Shown one piece after another: positions 18,677 through 27,649 of a DNA stretch of 64,000 nt (positions are counted from its first letter, which is position 1; each line of letters opens with the position of its first letter). The translations under genes were made by a program, and so were the position numbers. The notes under the pieces were generated by a model, which worked only from the letters and a program-made list of their open reading frames with translations, had not been told where the DNA came from and did not search any database. This DNA is from Nitrososphaerota archaeon (GTDB taxonomy: Archaea > Thermoproteota > Nitrososphaeria > Nitrososphaerales > Nitrosopumilaceae): assembly GCA_028867755.1 (NCBI GenBank), contig JAGWFT010000001.1, positions 1-64,000 on the forward strand. Reading direction: 5' to 3'.

Positions 18677-19594
18677 TTATCGTACTAGTTTGAGTCCTTC
18701 GCTTGTTATCCATTTTGCCTTATCTAATGCGAATCTGTTATTACATTTTACACATATGTAATCATGTGCTGGTTCTGGAAATTTATCTCCACAATCATTG
18801 CATATGTAGTAATTGTCAATTGCTTTATAGTCTACACCAAGTATTTTTATTTCCTTTCGACATTTAGGACAAGTATTATTTGTGTATGATTCATCTATGG
18901 ATACATTGCCACACTTGAAATGCTCAATTAGTTTTCCTTGTTTAAAATTAGAACTTTTGCAAGAAGGGCAGTAAAAATTCATAGCAATTCTCATAGAATT
19001 ACATTGGTTACATGTGATCTCTTTGATATCTTCTATTCTCTGTATTCTTCCTTCAGACTCGAGTTTTTTTACATATTCTTTGACAACCTCGACTTTTGTG
19101 TCTGAATATTCTGAAAGCCTCATCACACTAATTCTAGTAGACATTTTTAGAAAAGATTCTATTTTCTGTCCATGATCAAAAGTCTGTTTTTCAATATCTG
19201 GCTCTTCTTCTTCCAGAGTCTTGATGACATTTTTTAGATTTTCATATCGTATTGGCTTCTCTACATATTGATATGCACCATCCCGTAAAGCTGCTTTGAT
19301 CTGTTCTTCATTTTTTGCGTCAGCAGTTTCTATGATGATTCTCGTATCAGGCCTTATGCTAAGTATGTTTGACATTATTTCATTTGCAGTCATGTCGGGA
19401 AGGTGATAGTCAAGAAAGACAACTGGCACAATTCCTTTGTTTACCAGATCAGAAAATGACTGTATTCCAGCCTTTCCTGTATTACACGTATGAACATCGT
19501 GATAATCTAGTTTCTTTAGAAATTCATGGATAAGCATGGATATGGCAAGACTATCTTCTATTATCAATATACTATTTTTTTTGTTTGGCATCAT
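18677..19594 (-). CDS. Response regulator: REC + wHTH-like + Cys-rich (TackOD1-like) output
   Basis: IIEDS, FLDYHLPD, IETA, VEKP receiver residues intact; C-terminal CNQC, CPSC, HFKC, CPKC, CNDC, CVKC. Confidence 0.88.
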   Translation of the reverse strand: MMPNKKNSILIIEDSLAISMLIHEFLKKLDYHDVHTCNTGKAGIQSFSDLVNKGIVPVVFLDYHLPDMTANEIMSNILSIRPDTRIIIETADAKNEEQIKAALRDGAYQYVEKPIRYENLKNVIKTLEEEEPDIEKQTFDHGQKIESFLKMSTRISVMRLSEYSDTKVEVVKEYVKKLESEGRIQRIEDIKEITCNQCNSMRIAMNFYCPSCKSSNFKQGKLIEHFKCGNVSIDESYTNNTCPKCRKEIKILGVDYKAIDNYYICNDCGDKFPEPAHDYICVKCNNRFALDKAKWITSEGLKLVR

Positions 19595-19677
19595 AACGTA
19601 TTTTGAATATACACTATATTACTTTTAGAGCATAAATGTAATAGAAATATGACAACAGATATTCAAGGAGTACAAGA

Positions 19678-21633
19678 CTAGTTTATTGCATGTATCTTAA
19701 TCAAATATTCCACAGTATTGACAAACTCTTGGCCAGAAATTAGGCCAGACGACCACCACATTGCATCGTATTTTAGCCAATTTGGAAGAATCTTTAGTTC
19801 TGCATTAGGTGTTACACTTTTTACGATATTTTGTTTTATCATAGATTGCATTGTCTTGAGAAATTCGGAATTAGATACATTATTTTGAGACCATGATTGT
19901 GCACCGTATTTTACCCATGAGGGAATTGCAGATGAATTGCTAGTCTGATTGTTAATTGCATATGAGTTTCCAGTCTGATTATTAATTTCACTGATTTTGA
20001 CTATTTGGAATCCTGCAGTACGAATCATGTCTATCAAAGCCCCTAGTTTTTCTGTCTGTGAAGAGTCTGGAGAATTTATTTTGATTGTATTATTTGCAAG
20101 TGCATAATCTTGAAAGTTTAGAGTTACAACTGCAAACCCATGACTTTGCATACTAGTTTTGATCTGAGACATTATCATATCATTTGTCATGTATTGCAAA
20201 GTTCCGTTTTCTAAATGATAATAACCGGTAAAGACAGTAGCTGGGATGTTTTGGATTTTACCTGAAAAAGCTGCAGGCACGGTAACATCAGAAATAGAAC
20301 TAACATAATTAATTCCATTATCCTGCATGGCAGGAAAAGTATCTTGATTTACCTTTCCATATGGAGGAACAAAGATTGTGGATGTTGCGCCAAGAACTGA
20401 TGATATTTTGTTTTTAGACTGTTCAAGAAGTAAGGCTTGATAAGATTCATCATATGAAGTGAAATCTTCAAAACTCCATCCATTTATTCCAATGTCAATT
20501 AATCGGTTATCTGAATTTATTTGATTCTTGATACTGTTTGTCAATTTGGAATCATTACCAAATGCATTGGAAATTATACCCAAAGTCAAATCTGCATCTT
20601 TTTGTTTGAATGTGTCCAATATTCCGGTCTGAACACTATCCAGCCAATAATCTTGGATATTATCTAGCCTGAATGCCACACAGTTACAGTTTATGGCTGT
20701 TGATTTTGGAGCAGAAGGAGCAGGTACGATGACTGTGTTTTGGTTTCTTACCATACTGAAATTAAGCTTGGTGCCATCAATTGTAACGCTAGAATCTGAC
20801 CACTTTGAGTTATTTTTGAGATCTATTACGTGAAAAACATAATCACCAACTTTTAGATTATAGAAATATGCTTCGCCTTTAGCATCAACTGGAGACTGGG
20901 AAACTAGGTTTCCATCGCTATCTAACAAATTTACCACAAGAGTGCCAGCTAAAGGCTGGATAGTTGAGGATTGATTATTGTACAACTTTACTGTTACCAA
21001 ACTATTAACTATCGATGGCCAAGGCGTGACAACAGTGATCTCTTGAGCTATTCCAGGAAGTAGAAAAACAGGAGAATGAGAATATGAGAGAGTTTTACCA
21101 ATTTTTACATTAGCTACATAATAATCGCTTTGATCAATGGTGGGAGATATCCAAGATCTCAGGGTTTGTCCTTTTGCATCAGTAGTACCTGTTGCCCAAG
21201 TTTTATTGACATCTGACTTGATTTCAACAGTTGCATTTTCTACAGGAGTGGCTTTGTCATTGTATAATACATTTACACGCATGCCTCCAGACAGCGGAAT
21301 GCTGACATCTAGATTTTGTTGCAATTGTTCAAGATCTACATAACGTACTGCAGCATGCATATCATTTGCATATACTTCAACTTTGTATTGGTGTCCTAAA
21401 GGAAGAGACAGTATATTGAAAGGATTGCCTGTGATTGATGATATTTCTCTGTACGGGGTCGCATTGGTATCTTGATAAATTTTTATTGAGATTGGCCAAT
21501 AATCTGCTCTATCGCCGTTGGTGTAAGTTATATTGACTGCAATTGAGCCGGATGTTTCGGCATAAGCTACAAAGTAAAATGAGCCCAAGACAAAAACAGA
21601 AAGTAGGGCAACAAGGAAACGTCGTTCTATCAT
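19678..21633 (-). CDS. Exported polysaccharide-deacetylase (CE4/NodB)-fold protein with N-terminal beta-sandwiches and C-terminal Trp-rich repeats
   Basis: ATG at 21633 overlaps the GT2 stop (ATGA); signal peptide; VAFRLDNIQDYW, FVPPYG; metal ligands appear lost. Confidence 0.82.
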   Translation of the reverse strand: MIERRFLVALLSVFVLGSFYFVAYAETSGSIAVNITYTNGDRADYWPISIKIYQDTNATPYREISSITGNPFNILSLPLGHQYKVEVYANDMHAAVRYVDLEQLQQNLDVSIPLSGGMRVNVLYNDKATPVENATVEIKSDVNKTWATGTTDAKGQTLRSWISPTIDQSDYYVANVKIGKTLSYSHSPVFLLPGIAQEITVVTPWPSIVNSLVTVKLYNNQSSTIQPLAGTLVVNLLDSDGNLVSQSPVDAKGEAYFYNLKVGDYVFHVIDLKNNSKWSDSSVTIDGTKLNFSMVRNQNTVIVPAPSAPKSTAINCNCVAFRLDNIQDYWLDSVQTGILDTFKQKDADLTLGIISNAFGNDSKLTNSIKNQINSDNRLIDIGINGWSFEDFTSYDESYQALLLEQSKNKISSVLGATSTIFVPPYGKVNQDTFPAMQDNGINYVSSISDVTVPAAFSGKIQNIPATVFTGYYHLENGTLQYMTNDMIMSQIKTSMQSHGFAVVTLNFQDYALANNTIKINSPDSSQTEKLGALIDMIRTAGFQIVKISEINNQTGNSYAINNQTSNSSAIPSWVKYGAQSWSQNNVSNSEFLKTMQSMIKQNIVKSVTPNAELKILPNWLKYDAMWWSSGLISGQEFVNTVEYLIKIHAIN

Positions 21634-23093
21634 ATTCCCACTCGATCCACGCTTGTCCAAGTCATTTCCTTTCTAAATAATTGCTCAAACACAGCTCTAA
21701 TTAAAAGAAAATCAAGTATCTGCTTGAATCCTAGTACCAGAAATACTCCGTAGAGAATCAATTTTGGATCTTCATTATCCATCCTAACAGCCAATGCTGC
21801 TTGGAGGATCTGTAAGACTGAGAAGATAGCAAACACCTCAAGAACAAATATCCCGCCCCCAAAAATTGCGGTATAAGCTGCAGTACCAAGTGTAATGAAC
21901 CCAACAAATGGCATGACAACACTTGAGAATACCATGTATGGAAAGACCAGTCTTTGCAAAAGGCCAAATCGTGGGTTTAACAATGCGTCTGAGTGCCTTG
22001 AGAAAACTTGGAGATTTCCACCATACCATCTCTTTCTCTGTTTGTACAAGTTTTTTATGTTCTCAGGAGCCTCTGTGAACGCGACTGCTTTTGTGCTGCC
22101 AGAGATAGTAAGATTTGTCTTTAAAATCTTTAGTGTAACATCAAAGTCCTCTACAAGCGTGTCTTTATGATAATTTCCAATCTCTTCTAAAACAGTTCTT
22201 TTGAAGGCCCCCAAGGCTCCTGGTACTACTGATATTGAACCAAATACATCTAGTGCTCTTCTTGCAATCTGAATGCCTGCCACATATTCTATTGCTTGGC
22301 AAAATGTGAGCCAGTTTTTTCTATTTCTTACTTTGATGTTTCCTGCAACTGCTGCCACATCCTTGTTCATAGAAAATCCTTTAGCCAAGTGAGTTAATGA
22401 GTCCATTCCAATTATTGTATCTGCATCTACCACTACAATAATTTCCCCCGTTGCATAAGCAAGTCCAAAATTAATTGCACTTGCCTTTCCCCCATTTTCC
22501 TTGTGTAATGCCTTGATCTGTTTTTTGTATTTGTTTATTATTTGAAATGTTTTGTCTTTGCTTCCATCATCTACTGCTATGATCTCTTTATCTGGATATT
22601 TTGTTTCAACAAGTGCTTGGATTGTTCTTTCTATGACTTTTTCTTCATTATACGCAGGGACAATTACTGTTAATCTTGGATATGAATTTGGCTCTAATAT
22701 CGTATTTTCTTTGTATTTACCATACAATGCTAACGGCACAAATAACAATGTGTTCCAAAAAGTAAGTGTCAGGCCCCAGAGTAAAATTGCCTTTACTATA
22801 GATTCTTGCAGGGAATAATTGTCAAAGCCAACAGCAACTCCAAGTGCAATAGGCGCGGTAATGAGAAAAATGAGAAAAAACGATGGAATTTTTTTTCCAT
22901 ATCTGAGTCGTGAGGTAAACCTTCCTTGCAAAGTCATAATCTGATATACAACAACAGCAGAACCAAGACCAATTGCCACCATGCTTATGATCGAGAGTAG
23001 CTGGTATGCCATAACCAAAAGAACTCCAATTATGGCCATTGTTATTACTATTAGTACTGGGTCAAAATGGCGCACGTTTGTCATACTAGCCAT
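21630..23093 (-). CDS. Processive GT2 glycosyltransferase (PgaC/IcaA/cellulose-synthase-like)
   Basis: VPAYNEE, DDGSKD, GGKA, DADT, PGALGAF, VEDFD, QRKRW; TM helices at both ends. Confidence 0.92.
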   Translation of the reverse strand: MASMTNVRHFDPVLIVITMAIIGVLLVMAYQLLSIISMVAIGLGSAVVVYQIMTLQGRFTSRLRYGKKIPSFFLIFLITAPIALGVAVGFDNYSLQESIVKAILLWGLTLTFWNTLLFVPLALYGKYKENTILEPNSYPRLTVIVPAYNEEKVIERTIQALVETKYPDKEIIAVDDGSKDKTFQIINKYKKQIKALHKENGGKASAINFGLAYATGEIIVVVDADTIIGMDSLTHLAKGFSMNKDVAAVAGNIKVRNRKNWLTFCQAIEYVAGIQIARRALDVFGSISVVPGALGAFKRTVLEEIGNYHKDTLVEDFDVTLKILKTNLTISGSTKAVAFTEAPENIKNLYKQRKRWYGGNLQVFSRHSDALLNPRFGLLQRLVFPYMVFSSVVMPFVGFITLGTAAYTAIFGGGIFVLEVFAIFSVLQILQAALAVRMDNEDPKLILYGVFLVLGFKQILDFLLIRAVFEQLFRKEMTWTSVDRVGI

Positions 23094-23225
23094 ATCTTAC
23101 TTGGGGCAGATATATGGCGTTTTGATCAATATTGTTTTGCCTGTGAAATAACAAGAACTTCGGATATACAGTTGCAATTAGATGAATTTAGAGAAATTTC
23201 GTAGGTTCCATGCCCTATGTAGGAA

Positions 23226-23299
23226 TGGGTCCACAGGGATTTGAACCCTGGATCTTCGCCGTGTAAGGGCGACGTCATAACCAACTGGACTATGAACCC
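23226..23299 (-). tRNA. tRNA-Val(UAC)
   Basis: Reverse complement GGGTTCATAGTCCAGTTGGTTATGACGTCGCCCTTACACGGCGAAGATCCAGGGTTCAAATCCCTGTGGACCCA; stem TCGCC/GGCGA, anticodon TAC, no encoded CCA. Confidence 0.97.
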
Positions 23300-23599
23300 A
23301 AGCAAGCTCCAATTTAAAATGCATATAAGTCTAAGTGAATGAATGATGTGCCAAGTTTCTGGTTAAACTTGGAATTTCTGTTTTATCCAAGCTCAACATT
23401 TTCTATTTCAAAAAGTTGTTCTAGCTTTTGTATCGTCTTGCACTTGTGTAATGTAAAACAATCATACATTTTAATTCTGGTGTAGTTTTAATGATTGCAA
23501 TTAATTGTTAAGTGTTTTGATGTTCTAGTTTTTTAGAAACAGTAAAATATTAAAAACTATGTTTTGTATATTTATTGTACCGGATTTGGCAGTCTAATA

Positions 23600-24137
23600 A
23601 TGAAAAAAATTATCAAGAAACCTTACTTTTAGGATAAAAGAAGCAAACGCTAATCTTCTGGAAAAAGAGGCAAGACAAAAGGAGATATCTCTCAATACAC
23701 TGGTAAATCAAATATTTATCATGCATGTTGACTGGCACTCAAATGCTGGCAAAGCTGGGTTTTTATCTGTCAGAAGATCCTTGCTTCAAGAATTATTGAA
23801 ACAATATTCTGAAAAGAACATTTCCAACATTGCAAGACGTGTTGCAAAAGACACTACAAAAGACATTGTATTACTTTTAAGAAAGCAATACAACACTAAA
23901 TCATTTTTAAGTGTAATAGAAGCCTCTATCAAGGCATCAAATTATTCATACCAACATGAAATCAATGACACAGTGCATACTTTCATAATTCAGCACGACA
24001 TGGGAAAAAAATGGTCCATTTACCTAGCCGAGCTTTATCAATCCATGATAGAAGAGCTTGATGCAAACCGTGTAGGCTATGATCTGACTGCCAACACAGT
24101 TTCATTTTCAATAGATGAAAAATTCAGCTTAAAATAA
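23600..24137 (+). CDS. Ribbon-helix-helix regulator fused to a thaumarchaeal C-terminal domain, apparently frameshifted just after the ATG
   Basis: The frame of the 23721 ORF is open back to 23604 and reads KKLSRNLTFRIKEANANLLEKEARQKEISLNTLVNQIF (RHH pattern). The ATG at 23600 is followed by A7 and is out of frame by one base. Confidence 0.7.
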
Positions 24138-24287
24138 ATGCAAATTCAGCATTTTATGGATTTCATTTGTGGGTACTTGACACTTGCATCATAAAGTTAT
24201 TCAAAAATATCCAAAAATTTCTAAATCAAGTTCAGATATAGCAACCTTCAATTGTTCTAAAAACTGGTTCTCAGGTGAATCTATAGC

Positions 24288-25301
24288 ATGACAGAGGTGG
24301 TCTTCTTTACAAGCCCAATAGGATTGGGGCACGCAACTCGCGATATAGCAGTTTCACAATATCTTGAAAGCATTTCAAAAAAATTTGTAAGCGGTGCAGG
24401 TGCACACAGGCTGCTTTGTGAATATGGGTTTGATTCTGACAACCTCTATAATCCACCTCCATTTCAAATCAAAGATGGCAAGCTTCACAGTCCACTCAAG
24501 TGGTTTTTTGGTTATCTCTCATACTACAAAGAATGTAAGAAAATCGCATCTCAAGTAATAGAAAATGAGAGGCCTAGATTAGTGGTAAGCGATGAGGATT
24601 TTGCATCACTTGTAATAGCGCAAAAGCAGAAGATAAAGACCATTCTTGTAACTGACATCTTGGAAACAAAATTTGCAAAAGGAATGAGCTCTATCATTGA
24701 AAAAAAGATGAACCAGTCCATGAAAAGTATCATACAAAAATGCGATCTTGTTATTATACCAGAAAACGGCCAGGATGATTCTAACATAGTAAGAGTTGGG
24801 CCAATAGTTAGAGACACCACAGAATCTCGTGAGCAGCTACGAAAAAAATATTCTTTTGGCAGAAAGACTGTTGTTGTAAGCATAGGGGGAACTGACTTGG
24901 GAAAATTTTTAATTGAAAAGGCCATAGAGGTGTTCAAAAAGAGCAACCTTGATGCAGAACTTGTGATAGTTTCTGGGCCTTTGCTTCAAATGGAATCAAC
25001 ACCATACAGAAATCTTGGATTTGCAAGCAGTTTGCATGAAATAATATTTGCTGCAGACTTGGTGATATCACTTGCAGGAAAATCTACCATAGACGAGTCA
25101 AGGCATTATGGCACGCCTGGAATCTTTATTCCCATAAAGGGTCATTTTGAGCAAGAAGCCAATGCAAAAGATGCTGGGTATTCTTTTGATGATATTTTTA
25201 GATTGAAGGAACTGATTGCAGAAAAAATAAATGAAAAAAGAGTGCCAGAGCCTTTTCACGGTGCCAAAACAGCTGCAGAGTTGATAAGAAAATTTGTCTA
25301 G
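24288..25301 (+). CDS. GT-B glycosyltransferase, GT28/MurG-like
   Basis: SPIGLGHATR N-terminal motif, VSIGGT, ISLAGKSTIDE, GHFEQEANA. Confidence 0.85.
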   Translation: MTEVVFFTSPIGLGHATRDIAVSQYLESISKKFVSGAGAHRLLCEYGFDSDNLYNPPPFQIKDGKLHSPLKWFFGYLSYYKECKKIASQVIENERPRLVVSDEDFASLVIAQKQKIKTILVTDILETKFAKGMSSIIEKKMNQSMKSIIQKCDLVIIPENGQDDSNIVRVGPIVRDTTESREQLRKKYSFGRKTVVVSIGGTDLGKFLIEKAIEVFKKSNLDAELVIVSGPLLQMESTPYRNLGFASSLHEIIFAADLVISLAGKSTIDESRHYGTPGIFIPIKGHFEQEANAKDAGYSFDDIFRLKELIAEKINEKRVPEPFHGAKTAAELIRKFV

Positions 25302-25474
25302 TTATTTTTTTGAAAATCTATGCAGCCGGTTATTTCCTTACACAACTCTTCGTTGTGAACAAGCCCCATTTCTGGTAGATATTGAAGTATGTGGTTCGTG
25401 TTCTTATCCTTGAAGAGTTCGCCTTGCTCAATGCTCATAATGAATACCCCTTTAGCATGGAGCCAAGTGCTCAA
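25298..25474 (-). CDS. Small hypothetical protein (58 aa, below the track cut-off)
   Basis: TTG...TAG ORF MSTWLHAKGVFIMSIEQGELFKDKNTNHILQYLPEMGLVHNEELCKEITGCIDFQKNN; its stop overlaps the GT28 stop (CTAG). Confidence 0.55.
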   Translation of the reverse strand: MSTWLHAKGVFIMSIEQGELFKDKNTNHILQYLPEMGLVHNEELCKEITGCIDFQKNN

Positions 25475-25569
25475 TTTTTCCTATTAAGGCATGCGTAGAA
25501 ATCATTCTAATTTGCCATGAGACTGTCTCATGTGCTTGTGTCATTCAGCCAAACTTTATAGAAGGTTCA

Positions 25570-27003
25570 GTGAGATGTAATCAAGTTTTGCAGAATCTTA
25601 TTGTAGCAAAGTTTGGAGGAAGTGCGGTAGGAATAGACGGTGTACTCATACCTACTATAATTAAAAGAATTAATGAATTAAAAAAAGACTCTAAAGTGAT
25701 TGCAGTATTTTCTGCTCCTCTTACAATATACAACGGAAGGCAAAGATCACTGACAGATATTGCACTTGAGCTTGGACAAAAGTCAGAAAGCGGTACTGTT
25801 GTAGATGTGGAAGAACTACGCAAGCCATACCTGAAGATTCTTGCTCTTGTGGACAAAAAACTTCACGAAGAATGCAAAAAAACAATCGAAACATTCTTGG
25901 AGAAAGCGTCTGCATCCCTTAAAGAAGCGCTGCAAAAAAAGGAATTTGCAGACCATACAAGGGCAAGAGTGCTTGCGTACTCTGGCGAGATATTGATGTC
26001 TAATGTTATGAGCTATGTATTGAAAAGCACTGGCATGAGATCAGATGTTGTAAGTTTTGACATGTGGCCCATTGTTACTGATAAAAATATCGAGTCTGCT
26101 AACTTTCTTGCTACCCAGTCATTACAAAATCTAACACAGGTTGAATCTTTGCTTGAGCGAAACGATGTGATATCAATTGGAGGATTTATTGGAAAGACCA
26201 CTGACGGCTTGGAAACAACCTATGAGCGAGGTGGCTCTGATAGGACTGCTGCAGATCTTGGAATTTTATTTAGCAAGAGATACAACACCAAGATTGATTT
26301 TGAAAAGGACAGTGCAGTACTATCGGCAGATCCACGCGTTGTAAAAGAGGAGCTTGAATACATAACTCATCTCTCATACAACGAGGCACGAATTGCAGGC
26401 ATGTTTGGAATGAAGATACTTGATCCCATTGCGATAAAGGAGATAGTTGAGAACGGAGTAGACATGCCAATCATAATAACTGACATGGGCAACCCCAGAA
26501 AGATTACAACAATAGAGAGAAGGCCTGGAGACAAAAACGGTCATCCTCTAAAGATAGTGACGGGTAAGAAAAATTGCGCCATACTAAGAATGGAAAGCAA
26601 ATCTTCCCAGAATCTTTTTGACTCACTTGAAAAGGACAGGAGATACAGCGAGTTTGTAGTATTATCGCCATTTACAAAAGATGACATCGAGTTTACAAGA
26701 ATTCTCTTTTTAGATGGAGATTATGTAAAGCGAAATGAAAGATATGTCTTGGCCTTTGACCCTCTTGCTACAATCACCTACAACAGGGGAGTCATTACCT
26801 TGATTGGTGACGAGATGTGGCGCGTACAACAGATTGCATCAAAGGCAAGCTCAAGAATTGGTGAGGCCGGCCTTAACATTCTCAACATGGATGCCCAAGA
26901 AGAGACATCACGGATCATCATAGTTACAGAGGACAGCAGCGATAACATAGAGCGGGCAATACGTGCAGTCCACGCAGAGAGATCAAAAATAAAATTTGTG
27001 TAA
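25570..27003 (+). CDS. lysC: Aspartate kinase
   Basis: VAKFGGSAV, SGE, RGGSDRTAA, SADPR, LSYNEA, ACT-like C-terminus. Confidence 0.93.
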   Translation: MRCNQVLQNLIVAKFGGSAVGIDGVLIPTIIKRINELKKDSKVIAVFSAPLTIYNGRQRSLTDIALELGQKSESGTVVDVEELRKPYLKILALVDKKLHEECKKTIETFLEKASASLKEALQKKEFADHTRARVLAYSGEILMSNVMSYVLKSTGMRSDVVSFDMWPIVTDKNIESANFLATQSLQNLTQVESLLERNDVISIGGFIGKTTDGLETTYERGGSDRTAADLGILFSKRYNTKIDFEKDSAVLSADPRVVKEELEYITHLSYNEARIAGMFGMKILDPIAIKEIVENGVDMPIIITDMGNPRKITTIERRPGDKNGHPLKIVTGKKNCAILRMESKSSQNLFDSLEKDRRYSEFVVLSPFTKDDIEFTRILFLDGDYVKRNERYVLAFDPLATITYNRGVITLIGDEMWRVQQIASKASSRIGEAGLNILNMDAQEETSRIIIVTEDSSDNIERAIRAVHAERSKIKFV

Positions 27004-27035
27004 TATGCCAAAAATCTAGTCAAAAAAGAAAACTT

Positions 27036-27110
27036 TTACTTTCTTCTCTTTCTGCGTGCAGCCCTTTGATCTGCCTTTCTCATATGCTTGCCTTTTTTTC
27101 GTGCTACCAT
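27036..27110 (-). CDS. 24-aa highly basic peptide
   Basis: ATG...TAA ORF MVARKKGKHMRKADQRAARRKRRK with TATA-like sequence about 15-25 nt upstream. Confidence 0.55.
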   Translation of the reverse strand: MVARKKGKHMRKADQRAARRKRRK

Positions 27111-27328
27111 GATTGGTTGTACGATATAATATGGATATATCTTGTTGTGTTACTGTATATTATAAAATTTGAAACAGGGAAAAATCATTTGACATCTACA
27201 AGCCTTTACCTGTAGAAGTCAAACTGGGTTTGTTCTTGGGCCTTTTATCTAGAATCAGCCCGGCGTTACCCAAAACACGCGCTAATGTATAGTACATCAA
27301 GGAAATATTTAGAGTTGATCTATATAGA

Positions 27329-27538
27329 TCAAGTATATGCACTGCCTACTGCCATCAATACGAGGGCTGCACCAATGAATGCATACCACTTGAAGTTTCT
27401 CTTATTCATGAACATGTTCTTTGGGGCCATATCCTCATCTCTCATTGTTGATATGCGTGCCTTTCTCATCTCAAATCCATTTCCAGCCAGACCAATGATT
27501 AGTAATGCTGCAGAGGCAAATGAGAGTATGTAGCTCAT
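27329..27538 (-). CDS. Small two-TM membrane protein
   Basis: MSYILSFASAALLIIGLAGNGF...WYAFIGAALVLMAVGSAYT; start could be 27553. Confidence 0.7.
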   Translation of the reverse strand: MSYILSFASAALLIIGLAGNGFEMRKARISTMRDEDMAPKNMFMNKRNFKWYAFIGAALVLMAVGSAYT

Positions 27539-27649
27539 ATAATAATAAAGCATGTTTACCACATTTAAAGAAAACCAATATTTTTGAACCAAGATCTGTT
27601 ATGAAATCTTGTATTAATTCTTAAATTACCAAAGCCTTACCCAATTCAT

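Noticed and set aside
23380-23470. 28-aa minus-strand ORF MYDCFTLHKCKTIQKLEQLFEIENVELG
   Set aside because: Too short, with no motif or coupling evidence.
27150-27295. Locally GC-richer intergenic stretch with possible stems (GTTCTTGGG/CCCAAAAC; GGGC/GCCC) and a 33-aa minus-strand ORF
   Set aside because: Stems are short and no RNA family or protein motif is recognisable; cannot be supported without covariation or expression data.
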